Shown piece after piece: positions 27,589-37,409 of a DNA stretch of 64,000 nt. The position numbers were made by a program, and so were the translations under genes. Positions within the stretch are counted from its first letter, which is position 1. Each line of letters begins with the position of its first letter. Source of the DNA: a virus (lineage: Duplodnaviria; Caudoviricetes); the IMG/VR virus record IMGVR_UViG_3300027770_000038, positions 32,001-96,000 of that record, one strand, 5' to 3'. The notes under the pieces are model-generated. The model was not told where the DNA came from. It saw only the letters and a program-made list of their open reading frames with translations, and did not search any database.

Positions 27589-29073
27589 ATGAAACTTTCC
27601 TCTATTAAGGTAGAGCAATCCTTGCTTGGTTCGCTCATTAAAAATTCAGAATCATTCTACGATATAGATCATTTTATATCAGAGATTGATTTTACAAACG
27701 ATGTAAACGGAACAATATATTCGATAATTCGCCAGATATGCAACGCTAAAGAAAAAATAGATAAAGTCATTCTGGCTCAGAAAATTCAGAATCTTGGCAT
27801 TTCTTTCCAAGAAGATCTTGACATATATGATTATATCGATTGTCTTTCTTTAACAGTTTCAAATAAAGATTCTGCTATTAAATACGCTCAAGAGTTAAAG
27901 CAGTTTTCTATTCGTCGTGATATAAAAGGCATGGCGCAAAGAATAATAGAAACTGTTTCTACCAATCCTGAGAAAAATGCCAGTCAAATCATAGCTGAAG
28001 TAGACTCTATATATGGCGAAAAGATTAATTCTTTTGATGCTACTGAAGAGATTAGAAATATCTTTGATGACATAGAGGTATTTATAGAAGAAAAAGGTAA
28101 TAATCCTCAAGAAGAATCAGGCATAGATTTGCATTATCCAGAGTTCGCAAGGCTTTATGGAGGCTTGAGAAACGGAAATGTTTATGCAATCGTCAGTCGC
28201 CCCGGTCAAGGCAAAAGCTCGTTCTTGGTTGAGATGTCTCTTGGAGCTTATTTAAAGAATAAAAAGGTTAGCGTCCTTTACCTTGATACAGAAATGTTTT
28301 CACAAGATGTGAAACTCCGTATTGCAGCAGCGAAAACTGGAGTGCCTTTCTGGTATATTGACACGGGAAACTGGCGTAAAGATCCTGAGATGGTTTTCAA
28401 AATCAGAGCTTTCTTAAAAGAGTTTAGCAAATATAACTATACTCATCATTGTGTTGGTAATAAAGGAATTGACGAGATTATATCTTTTATCCGTAGATGG
28501 TATTACAGTAAAGTTGGAAGAGGGAATCCTGCTCTTATTTGTTATGACTACGTCAAACTTACCGGAGAAAAGGTCGGCCAAAACTGGGCAGAGCATCAAG
28601 CCATTGGCGAAAAGATAGATAAACTTAAAAAGATTTCAGAAGAAATTAATGCCCCTCTATTCACTGCAATGCAAATGAATAGATCTGGTGAAAATTTTAA
28701 TAGAAATGCTGGAGACGTAACCGATGATAGTTCCGCAATCGCCTTGTCTGATCGGCTTCAATGGTTTGCCAGCTATGTTGCGATTTTCCGAAGAAAAACT
28801 CTTGACGAAATAGAGCGCGATACGCCAGACTTCGGCACACATAAATTGATAACTTTAAAGAGCCGCTTCCAAGGCAAAGATGCTGCTGGACATCAGGATC
28901 TTATGAGAAGGAGAAATGATCATGGCGATGAAAAATATGTTCAAAACTTTGTCAACTTTCAGATTAGTAATTTCAGCGTAGAAGAAAGGGGTTCCTTGGC
29001 TAACATTATTGAGAGAGAGCGTCAGACATTTTCATTGAATGATACCAATCCCAATGATGGTTCTTTGTTATGA
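27589..29073 (+). CDS. dnaB: replicative DNA helicase
   Basis: N-terminal EQSLLG domain, RPGQGKS, DTEM, YDY, QMNR and KSR motifs. Confidence 0.9.
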   Translation: MKLSSIKVEQSLLGSLIKNSESFYDIDHFISEIDFTNDVNGTIYSIIRQICNAKEKIDKVILAQKIQNLGISFQEDLDIYDYIDCLSLTVSNKDSAIKYAQELKQFSIRRDIKGMAQRIIETVSTNPEKNASQIIAEVDSIYGEKINSFDATEEIRNIFDDIEVFIEEKGNNPQEESGIDLHYPEFARLYGGLRNGNVYAIVSRPGQGKSSFLVEMSLGAYLKNKKVSVLYLDTEMFSQDVKLRIAAAKTGVPFWYIDTGNWRKDPEMVFKIRAFLKEFSKYNYTHHCVGNKGIDEIISFIRRWYYSKVGRGNPALICYDYVKLTGEKVGQNWAEHQAIGEKIDKLKKISEEINAPLFTAMQMNRSGENFNRNAGDVTDDSSAIALSDRLQWFASYVAIFRRKTLDEIERDTPDFGTHKLITLKSRFQGKDAAGHQDLMRRRNDHGDEKYVQNFVNFQISNFSVEERGSLANIIERERQTFSLNDTNPNDGSLL

Positions 29074-29987
29074 GCGATATAAAAGAAATACTTAACAACA
29101 TCGGTTATCAAAACCTTAAAGATTTTGGCAGTTGGTATAGAACTCGTCCAATTTATAGAAGCTCTGATAATGATACTGTCTTAGCCATAAATAAAAACAC
29201 TGGTTACTGGTATGACTACAAATTATGCAAAGGGGGTAGGTTAAGTGAATTAGTTCAAATCACGCTTAATCTAAACGATCTATCTCATGCAGATAAGATG
29301 CTTGCTGAGAAGTTCAATTTCACAGGAATTGTATCTAATCCAGACAAAACAATTATCAGTCAAGTAAAGATTTATAATGAGTCAATGCTCGATGGTCTTG
29401 TAAAAGATCACTCTTATTGGTTCAAAAGAGGAATCAAAGAAGAAACCGTAGCTGAGTTCAAAGGAGGGACAGCTAAGAAAGGGAACATGATTAATCGTTA
29501 TGTTTTTCCTATTTACAATCCTTCTGGCAAAATTGTAGGATTTAGCGGCAGATCGCTTGTCGATTCAAATAGATCTGATTTCATAAAATGGAAACATCTT
29601 GGAGCCAAAAAAGAGTGGGTTTACCCAGCGCTCTTTGGCAAGAATTCTATCTCCGAAAGCAAGACAATATTTCTAATTGAAAGCATTGGAGACATGCTGG
29701 CTTTATGGCAAGCTGGTTACAAGAATGTTATTGTCACTTTTGGATTGGCGATCTCTCCCAAAATAACAAAATTTCTTTTAGAGAACTCTATTCAGCAAGT
29801 GGTAGTCGCATTTAATAATGATTCTTTTAATAATTCTGCTGGTAACGAAGCTGCGAAAAAAGCTCGGTCTAAATTATTAATGTTCTTTGATGAAAACCAA
29901 GTGAAGATAAAGCTCCCTACTAAAAAAGACTTTGGATTAATGGGCAAAAATGAGATAGACTTATATATGAAGGAATTCAATGGATAA
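29070..29987 (+). CDS. dnaG: DnaG-type primase (TOPRIM)
   Basis: RYVFPIYN..GKIVGFSGR, IESIGD and AFNND...AG motifs. Confidence 0.85.
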   Translation: MSDIKEILNNIGYQNLKDFGSWYRTRPIYRSSDNDTVLAINKNTGYWYDYKLCKGGRLSELVQITLNLNDLSHADKMLAEKFNFTGIVSNPDKTIISQVKIYNESMLDGLVKDHSYWFKRGIKEETVAEFKGGTAKKGNMINRYVFPIYNPSGKIVGFSGRSLVDSNRSDFIKWKHLGAKKEWVYPALFGKNSISESKTIFLIESIGDMLALWQAGYKNVIVTFGLAISPKITKFLLENSIQQVVVAFNNDSFNNSAGNEAAKKARSKLLMFFDENQVKIKLPTKKDFGLMGKNEIDLYMKEFNG

Positions 29988-30906
29988 GAAAGAAGTCTAC
30001 CTATCTGCGTCCAGAATTAAAGCTCTTGAAACTTGTTCATGGTCTTATTATTGTAAGTATCATTTAAACATTCCCGAGAAGTCTAATTCAGGAGCGAAGC
30101 GCGGTACAATTTGTCACTTAGTATTTGAGTTGCTTCTTAACCCTCGCCATAAAGAACTTTATGAGGAAATCATTGCCTCTGGCGATCCTCTCTCTTGCGC
30201 TCCAGTAGGCAGGTTAGTAATAAAACACGCTACAAGAGAAGGGATTAACAATCTTGAAGACATAGCATTAATCAATAAAATGATTCTTGTCGGTCTTAAG
30301 AGCGACTTCTTTCCAAAGGGCGGCGACATTCAAAACCCAGAGTTCGAATTCAAAATCGAAAGAGACGGCTATAAGGCCAGAGGATTCATTGATCTCCCAA
30401 TTCTTTATAAGGAAGAAAAGAAGAGTAAGATTAGAGATTACAAGTCTAGCAAAGCAAAATTCAAGGGAGAAGAGTTGACAGCCAATGTACAGGCGATGCT
30501 ATACTCTATCGCTTCTAAAATTTATTGGCCTGAGTACGAGCCAGAAGTAGAATTTATATTTCTCAGATTTCCTAAAGCACCAGTGCAGCCGGTAAAATTT
30601 ACAGATGATGAATTGTCAGGATTTGAGGTTTACCTTAAGCATGTTTACGGTAAAGTCAGTAACTTCTCTGAGCAAGATGCAAAACAAAACTTTGCCGCAG
30701 ATGACGTAAAGAGTAGATGGCTATGTCAGGCAGGAGCTACTTGGGTTTGTCCCTTTAAGAACGAGATGTGGTTTTATTCTATTTACGACAAGAACGACAA
30801 ATTTGTAAAAAGCTTTTTCACGGCAGAAGAAGCAAAAGCAGCAAAGAAAGACGATTCTCAAGTTATTAAAAAATTTAAGTATGAAGGTTGCCCCAGATGG
30901 AAATAA
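29980..30906 (+). CDS. PD-(D/E)XK exonuclease (RecB/AddB/Cas4-like)
   Basis: LSASRI...C, GFID, DYKSSK and Q..LY motifs; C-terminal cysteines. Confidence 0.8.
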   Translation: MDKKEVYLSASRIKALETCSWSYYCKYHLNIPEKSNSGAKRGTICHLVFELLLNPRHKELYEEIIASGDPLSCAPVGRLVIKHATREGINNLEDIALINKMILVGLKSDFFPKGGDIQNPEFEFKIERDGYKARGFIDLPILYKEEKKSKIRDYKSSKAKFKGEELTANVQAMLYSIASKIYWPEYEPEVEFIFLRFPKAPVQPVKFTDDELSGFEVYLKHVYGKVSNFSEQDAKQNFAADDVKSRWLCQAGATWVCPFKNEMWFYSIYDKNDKFVKSFFTAEEAKAAKKDDSQVIKKFKYEGCPRWK

Positions 30907-30915
30907 CTCTTATTT

Positions 30916-31677
30916 ATGAAAATATTACCTCTTTTTAAAAGCCATTATAGCATCGGCAAATCAATATTAACGCTAGATAAGGCCGGATCTTCTTCTAAAG
31001 AAGGCTCCTCTTCTATCGTAGACATCGTTAAAGAAAACAAACTGGACCAAGTTTTCCTTGTAGAGGAGAATATGAGTTCTTTTCTTGACGCTTTTAAAAA
31101 CTTTAATTCTATTAAGGTTCCATTCTATTACGGACTTAGACTAGAGCTATGCCCTGATACAAACGAAAAGACTGACGAGTCTTTGAAAAAGTCCAGTAAA
31201 ATTATCATCTTCGCTAAAAATGGCAATGGATACAAGAAACTCATTAAGATATTCAGTATCGCCGCGACAGATGGTTTTTATTATACACCAAGAATAGACG
31301 AAAAGACCTTGACACAAGAGTGGGATGAAGCTAGCCTAAAATTATGCGTCCCATTCTATGACTCTTTTCTATTCAAAAATACAATGTCTTACTCCTTGTG
31401 CTGCCCAGAGTTGAAGTTCACAAAGCCTACTTTTTTTACTGAAGATAATGATCTTCCATTTGATCAGATAGTAAGGCAAAAAGTAATCAAATTCTGCGCT
31501 GATCAATACGAGACAGTTGCCAGCAAAAGTATTTATTACGAGACAAGAGAAGACTTTAAAGCCTACATGACTTTTAGATGCATTAATAACAGAACTACCC
31601 TTAACAAGCCGAATTTAGAACACATGTGCAGCGCTGAATTTAGTTTCGAAAGCTGGAAGGAGGCTGATTCTATATGA
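30916..31677 (+). CDS. stand-alone PHP domain of DNA polymerase III alpha
   Basis: KSHYSIGKS, GLRLE and FAKNGNGYKKLIKI match the DnaE N-terminal PHP domain. Confidence 0.8.
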   Translation: MKILPLFKSHYSIGKSILTLDKAGSSSKEGSSSIVDIVKENKLDQVFLVEENMSSFLDAFKNFNSIKVPFYYGLRLELCPDTNEKTDESLKKSSKIIIFAKNGNGYKKLIKIFSIAATDGFYYTPRIDEKTLTQEWDEASLKLCVPFYDSFLFKNTMSYSLCCPELKFTKPTFFTEDNDLPFDQIVRQKVIKFCADQYETVASKSIYYETREDFKAYMTFRCINNRTTLNKPNLEHMCSAEFSFESWKEADSI

Positions 31678-32312
31678 TGGAAAATCTTCTTCGTTATGAT
31701 AAAGATAAAGTCTATACTTTTATAGACTTAGAGACCGAGAATTTATGCCTTAGCTTTATAAATAATCGCCCTTGGCAATGCGGCATGATCAAAGTTAAAG
31801 GAAATGAGGTCTTAGAAACTTCTGATATTTATATTAAATGGGATAAGCCTATTAATGTTAGCAAAGAAGCTGCCCAAATTACTCGTTTCGATCAGTACAA
31901 ATATAATAAAATTGCTATCCATTCTAGCGAAGCTATTAAAACTATAGCACATTGGTTAGAAAATTGTGATTATATAATCGGGCACAATATCTTAAACTTC
32001 GATATGTATCTCATTAAAGATTATTACGAAATGTATGGGAGAGAATGGAAGCACTTAGTAAGTAAAGTTATAGATACTAATTGTCTAGCGAAGGGAGTTA
32101 AATATGAAATCCCTTACTCTCAAGATATGAGCTTAATTGAGTACCAGTATAGAGTGCTGAATGAAAGAAGAAAAGGAGTGAAAACTAACCTTACAAGCCT
32201 TGGAAAAGAATATAGCATAGAACACGATTACGAGACTCTTCACAACGCACTTAACGATTTACATTTAAACATTAAAGTATGGAACAGACTGAAATTCCAA
32301 ATCGCAGTATGA
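31674..32312 (+). CDS. DEDDh 3'-5' exonuclease (DnaQ-like)
   Basis: ExoI DLETE, ExoII GHNILNFD and ExoIII HNALND. Confidence 0.85.
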   Translation: MMENLLRYDKDKVYTFIDLETENLCLSFINNRPWQCGMIKVKGNEVLETSDIYIKWDKPINVSKEAAQITRFDQYKYNKIAIHSSEAIKTIAHWLENCDYIIGHNILNFDMYLIKDYYEMYGREWKHLVSKVIDTNCLAKGVKYEIPYSQDMSLIEYQYRVLNERRKGVKTNLTSLGKEYSIEHDYETLHNALNDLHLNIKVWNRLKFQIAV

Positions 32313-34867
32313 ACTTTTCAAAAGACTTTCAAAAATACGAACTTGGCCTTCACGGGCTTAGAATGCCTGTCTTTGAAATTGACCAAAGACACAAGACTAG
32401 ACTTAAATTAGTTGCTCAGACTTCTAATTACGACTTTTTAAGAAGCCTAGCTAGAGAGGGGTTTCATAAGCTTAATCTTGAAAAAGGAAGCGCACTTTAC
32501 AAGAGGTATATTGATCGCGTTAATTACGAATTACAAATTCTTCAAGAGTTAGAATTTATTGATTACATCATCCTCATTTGGGATGTTATTAATTATTGCA
32601 GAGAGACGAGTATCCCAACTGGACCGGGAAGAGGATCTTGCGCTGGCTCTCTACTGTTATTTCTCATTGATGTAACCAAAATTGACCCCATTAAATATGA
32701 ACTATTTTTTGAGCGATTCATTTCTAAAGCCAGAGCAAAGAAAACTATTGTTGATGGAGTAACTTATTTTGATGGCTCGTTATTTCCTGATGTTGATCTT
32801 GATATTTGTTATTATAATCGGCATAGAGTAATAGCTTATCTTGAAGAGAAGTTTAAGGGCAAGACATCTAAGATCCTTACTCTAAACACTTTAAGTTCTA
32901 AACTCTGCATCAAAGAGTCAGGTAAAGTAGTTGCAGAGAAACAAGAGAGTGAAATGAATAATGTCTCTTCTTATATTCCTAAACTTTTCGGTCAAGTCAA
33001 GAGCTTGGAAGAAGCAGTCACTGAAAGCGAAAAATTTGCAGAATGGGTCGGTACAAACCAAGAAGTTTACAAGATCGCTTTAAAGCTTCAGAATCTTAAT
33101 AAAAATAAAGGCGTACACCCGTCTGGGCTTTTATTGGCGCACTCACTCCTTGAAGAATCCTGTCCAGTAGAATTGTCATCAGACAAGCAGGTCGTTTCAA
33201 GCTACGACATGAATAATGTTACAGCTTACAATATTAAACTTGATTTGCTTGGTTTGCGAGGAGTATCAGTTGTAGACGATGTTTGTAAATCTCTTGGAAT
33301 CAGATATGAGGATATTGATGTAAATGATGTTTTCATATATCAGCAATTACAAGACTTTAAGTTGCCTCATGGATTATTCCAAATTGAAGCAGAAACTAAC
33401 TTTAAAGTATGCCAAAAAGTAAAGCCCAAGAACCTTGAGCAGTTAAGCGGCGTATTAGCTCTTGCTCGTCCCGGTGCATTGCAGTTTATTGATAAGTACG
33501 CTAACTATACAAACAATAATCATTACGAAAGTATCCATCCTTTCTTCGACGATATCTTAGGAGTAACTGGAGGAGTTTGTTTGTATCAAGAACAGTTGAT
33601 GAAGATGGTGAGCAAGGTTGGATTCTCACTTGACGAAGCAGAAATTGTTCGACGCTGCGTAGGCAAAAAGAAGGTCGAAGAGATGAAGGAGTGGGAGCAG
33701 AAGATTAAAGACAAGATCTCCCAGCAGAAACTTGACCCCAAGATTGGCGAAGTATTATGGAGAATTGCAAACGATTCAGCCAATTATCAATTTAATAAAT
33801 CGCATTCAGTCTCATACGCTGCTCTCGCGGCAATATCTATCTATCTTAAATTTAAATATCCGCAACAGTTCTTCTTGTCTCTATTGAAAATGAGTAAACA
33901 TGAGCCTGATTCTATTGGAGAGATATCCAAAACAGAAAAAGAATTAACTTATTTTAATATTAAACTCTTGCCTCCTCATTTATTAAAGTCAAAAGAAGAG
34001 TTTTGTATTGAAGGAGATAACATCCGTTTTGGACTTCTTTCTGTTAAAGGCATCAGCGAGAAGACTATTAAAGCCGTAAATGAATTCAGAGGAGAGTTTA
34101 AGAATAAATTCGACATCTTTGAAACAGCCTCTCAAGCCAATCTAAACATTGGAGTCCTTTGCGCCCTTATCCAAGCAGGAGCCTTAGACGGAGACTTCAA
34201 GCAATCAAGAAGCAAAATAGTATACGAGGCTCAACTTTGGAACATCTTAACTAATAAAGAAAAAATAAACGCCAAACTGTTTGGCGAGACGTTTGAGTAT
34301 GATTTGGTTAAAATTCTCATGCACATGAAAGACAACAAAGATGTGCAGGGCAAACCTTACATAAAAGAATCAAGACTCCAAACGCTGCGAACCAAAGCAG
34401 ATGCCTATAAAAAGATATATGAGATCAATAGCAAATCAGAGAGTTTTGCTAATTGGTATTATGAGAATTCTATTATCGGTTATAGCGTAAGAAGCAAACT
34501 GAGAGAAGTGTTCATTGCAAAGAAAGATGATCTAGTTTATATAAAAGACATTGCTAATTTCGGCGAGAAAGATGAAGTTTGCTTCATCGGCGTAATTAAA
34601 GAATGCATGTCAGGGGTCTCAAGAGAGAAGAAGACTAGGTATTTTAAAATGCAAATCTCTGACGAAACTTCTGCCATCAACACGATGATCTTCTCTGATA
34701 AAATAGATGAAATGCAAAATCTTAATAATAGAATGCCAAAGGAAGAAGATATAGTAATTATTACCGGACAAAAGTTTGGAGACTCTGTTTTTGCCAGAAT
34801 GGTCGCCATCCAAACCCATACGGTTTACACGAAACTTTCTCAATTAAAAGCCGAAAAAAATAATTGA
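32309..34867 (+). CDS. dnaE: DNA polymerase III alpha core (lacks PHP)
   Basis: GPGRGSCAGS, FERF, PDVDLD, KLDLLGL, FNKSH and a C-terminal OB fold; ATG 32309 overlaps the upstream stop (ATGA). Confidence 0.92.
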   Translation: MNFSKDFQKYELGLHGLRMPVFEIDQRHKTRLKLVAQTSNYDFLRSLAREGFHKLNLEKGSALYKRYIDRVNYELQILQELEFIDYIILIWDVINYCRETSIPTGPGRGSCAGSLLLFLIDVTKIDPIKYELFFERFISKARAKKTIVDGVTYFDGSLFPDVDLDICYYNRHRVIAYLEEKFKGKTSKILTLNTLSSKLCIKESGKVVAEKQESEMNNVSSYIPKLFGQVKSLEEAVTESEKFAEWVGTNQEVYKIALKLQNLNKNKGVHPSGLLLAHSLLEESCPVELSSDKQVVSSYDMNNVTAYNIKLDLLGLRGVSVVDDVCKSLGIRYEDIDVNDVFIYQQLQDFKLPHGLFQIEAETNFKVCQKVKPKNLEQLSGVLALARPGALQFIDKYANYTNNNHYESIHPFFDDILGVTGGVCLYQEQLMKMVSKVGFSLDEAEIVRRCVGKKKVEEMKEWEQKIKDKISQQKLDPKIGEVLWRIANDSANYQFNKSHSVSYAALAAISIYLKFKYPQQFFLSLLKMSKHEPDSIGEISKTEKELTYFNIKLLPPHLLKSKEEFCIEGDNIRFGLLSVKGISEKTIKAVNEFRGEFKNKFDIFETASQANLNIGVLCALIQAGALDGDFKQSRSKIVYEAQLWNILTNKEKINAKLFGETFEYDLVKILMHMKDNKDVQGKPYIKESRLQTLRTKADAYKKIYEINSKSESFANWYYENSIIGYSVRSKLREVFIAKKDDLVYIKDIANFGEKDEVCFIGVIKECMSGVSREKKTRYFKMQISDETSAINTMIFSDKIDEMQNLNNRMPKEEDIVIITGQKFGDSVFARMVAIQTHTVYTKLSQLKAEKNN

Positions 34868-34901
34868 TAAATCGGCTTTTTTCAGGCAAAATAATGTCTG
34901 A

Positions 34902-35501
34902 ATGAACCTACAATTTTATAAGGGAAATGCAAAAGTAACTGGAACCGCTTGCTCTTTTCAGACAAAGGGAACCTCTTTGTTTGTTAACTTCATCAAGCAG
35001 CACTCTTGGAATGAAGCCAAGAAGCTTGGGTCTTTTCGTGAGAACGCTAAGAATCCAGAGAAGACTACTGTCTTAAAGTTCAATGCGGTAGAAGCCGCAG
35101 GTATGGTAGACGCAATTGATAGAAACGCAGAATACAAGTTCTATCACACTGCTCCTAATTCAAACGCGATGGGCAAGTTTTGTCCTTATCTAAGGGACAA
35201 CGCTCAGATTGGGTTTTCTTTTAATGCCACCAAGGAGCAAAAGGGAGATACCGTTAACAAGGTAAGTTTCTTGATTGGATTTACTTTTGCAGAATCTGTA
35301 CTGGTTAAGACTTTCCTTTTGGAGTTCATTAGGAATTCTTTCTATCCTCAAGATGATGTCGCTGCACCTGCTCCAAAAGAAGCTCAACAGGAAGAATATC
35401 CAGCGAAGGCGGCTTATAGCAAAATCCAACTAAATCAACCTGCTGTCAAACCTGCTGCTCAGACTGAAGCAGAAGCTCAAGCAGAAGAACTCGTATTCTA
35501 A
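34902..35501 (+). CDS. putative ssDNA-binding protein
   Basis: Beta-rich core, Pro/Ala/Gln linker and acidic-aromatic tail EELVF; follows dnaE; TTGATA-17-CAAAAT upstream. Confidence 0.45.
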   Translation: MNLQFYKGNAKVTGTACSFQTKGTSLFVNFIKQHSWNEAKKLGSFRENAKNPEKTTVLKFNAVEAAGMVDAIDRNAEYKFYHTAPNSNAMGKFCPYLRDNAQIGFSFNATKEQKGDTVNKVSFLIGFTFAESVLVKTFLLEFIRNSFYPQDDVAAPAPKEAQQEEYPAKAAYSKIQLNQPAVKPAAQTEAEAQAEELVF

Positions 35502-37408
35502 TGCGAAAGAAAAAGATAGTAATTCAAACGGATTGGTGCCTCGCTAAAACTGGATTCGGTAGGGCGGCGAAGGAGCTAGTCTCTTACCTATACAACACGG
35601 GTAAGTATGATATTATCCATTATTGCGGGGGAACCCAAGTGGGTTCTCCCGTTTTATCCAAGACTCCTTGGAAGAGCCTTGGGAGTATCCCTACCGATCA
35701 AAACGAGGTCAATAGAATTAATGCCGATCAAACTCTTGCAAGAGATGTTTCTTATGGGTCTTATTATATTGATCAAGTAATCAAAGAAGAGAAGCCTGAT
35801 GTTTGGATTGGCGCACAAGACCCTTGGGCGTTTACTCAATACTATAACAAACATTGGTATAAGAACATCACTTCTCTGCTTTGGGTGACTCTTGATTCTT
35901 TGCCCATTTATGAAGAGGCGATTAATCAAGCTAAAAAGTCTTCTCAGTATTGGATTTGGAGTGAATTTGCTACAAATGAAATGCACAAAATTGGCATCAA
36001 TAATGCCAAAACTGTACATGGCCCAGTAAATCATTCTAAATTTAATTACTTAGGTGCAGAGAAGAAGAAGCAGTTAAAGGCTAATTTTGGGCTTTCTGAT
36101 TCTTTTATTGTTGGTTTCGTATTTAGAAATCAACTTCGCAAGTCTGTTCCAAATCTATTAGAAGGATTTAGAGACTTTGTTAAAAATAATCCTGATGTTA
36201 AAAATGCAAAGTTACTATTGCATACTCATTGGGGAGAAGGCTGGGATATCCATAAGCTTGCTGACGAATACAAGATAGACAGAAAAGATATCCAGACGAC
36301 TTACGTTTGCAATAAATGTAAAAATTACTTTATTTCGCATTTTCAAGGGCAAGAATTAGGCTGTCCAGTATGCAAGTCTGAGAAGAGTTGCTCGACTACC
36401 AACACTGGATTCGGTGTATCCGAAGAGCAGCTATGTGAGGTTTATAATTTGATGGATGTGTATTGCCACCCATTTACTAGCGGTGGTCAAGAAATTCCAA
36501 TTCAGGAAGCTAAGTATTGCGAATTACTAACTCTTGTCACTAATTATAGCTGCGGCGAAGACATGTGTCATCCTGATGCTGCGTCTATTCCTTTGGAATG
36601 GTCAGAGTACAGAGAACATGGAACGCAATTCAGAAAGGCTTCGACATACCCTTCTTCTATTGCCAAGCAGTTATATCGCGCCTACAAGATGTCTGATCTA
36701 GAGAGGAGACAGTTTGGACAAAAGGCAAGGAAGTGGGCTATAGAGAATTATTCTGTTCCTGTTATTGGAAAGATGTTTGAGCAATATATTGATTCTATTC
36801 CATTCACTACTTACGATTTCTCTTTAAAGGAAGAAGAAAAAGATCCCAATGCAGCTATTCCAAATATTACTGAAAACGGAGAATGGCTGATCTTCATGTA
36901 TCACAATATTCTGAAGATGAAACAGGTGGATCAGAATGAGGATGGATACAAGCATTGGATGGAAAAGCTTTCCAAAGGAGAAACTCGACAGAATGTTGAA
37001 AATTATTTTCGTCAAGTAGCAACACAAGAAAATCAAAAAAATCGAAAAGTAGATTTTGAAGATATTTTAGATCCTGCTGACAAAGGAAAGCGCATCTTGT
37101 TTGTAATGCCTGAAAGTATTGGAGATATTTATCTCTGCACTTCTCTTCTTGAATCAATTAAAGAGACTTATCCTGATCATAATTTGTATTTTGCTACCAA
37201 GAAAGAGTACTTCTCAGTTCTTGAGGGTAATCCATGCATCCATAGAATACTAGAATATATCCCTCAAATGGATAGTCTACTGTGGCTTGAAGGACACGGT
37301 AATCATCAAGGCTACTTTGAAATAGCATTTCTTCCCCATATAGGAACACAAAAGATGCTTAATTATCTTCACAACGGCAAAGATAAGATCGCATTCGATA
37401 TTAAATAA
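35501..37408 (+). CDS. multidomain GT4 glycosyltransferase (Zn ribbon, DUF4214-like helices, GT9 N-lobe)
   Basis: TGFG, RNQLRK, CNKC...CPVC, GGQEIPIQEA, YHNIL...GYKHW and C-terminal SIGDIYL...GNPCI. Confidence 0.75.
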   Translation: MRKKKIVIQTDWCLAKTGFGRAAKELVSYLYNTGKYDIIHYCGGTQVGSPVLSKTPWKSLGSIPTDQNEVNRINADQTLARDVSYGSYYIDQVIKEEKPDVWIGAQDPWAFTQYYNKHWYKNITSLLWVTLDSLPIYEEAINQAKKSSQYWIWSEFATNEMHKIGINNAKTVHGPVNHSKFNYLGAEKKKQLKANFGLSDSFIVGFVFRNQLRKSVPNLLEGFRDFVKNNPDVKNAKLLLHTHWGEGWDIHKLADEYKIDRKDIQTTYVCNKCKNYFISHFQGQELGCPVCKSEKSCSTTNTGFGVSEEQLCEVYNLMDVYCHPFTSGGQEIPIQEAKYCELLTLVTNYSCGEDMCHPDAASIPLEWSEYREHGTQFRKASTYPSSIAKQLYRAYKMSDLERRQFGQKARKWAIENYSVPVIGKMFEQYIDSIPFTTYDFSLKEEEKDPNAAIPNITENGEWLIFMYHNILKMKQVDQNEDGYKHWMEKLSKGETRQNVENYFRQVATQENQKNRKVDFEDILDPADKGKRILFVMPESIGDIYLCTSLLESIKETYPDHNLYFATKKEYFSVLEGNPCIHRILEYIPQMDSLLWLEGHGNHQGYFEIAFLPHIGTQKMLNYLHNGKDKIAFDIK

Positions 37409-37409
37409 T

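Noticed and set aside
29980-30906. Cas4 as part of a CRISPR system
   Set aside because: No cas1/cas2 or array; stand-alone nucleases of this type are routine in phage replication modules
30916-34867. Split-intein trans-splicing of DnaE
   Set aside because: No intein N- or C-terminal motifs at the ends of the PHP or core genes
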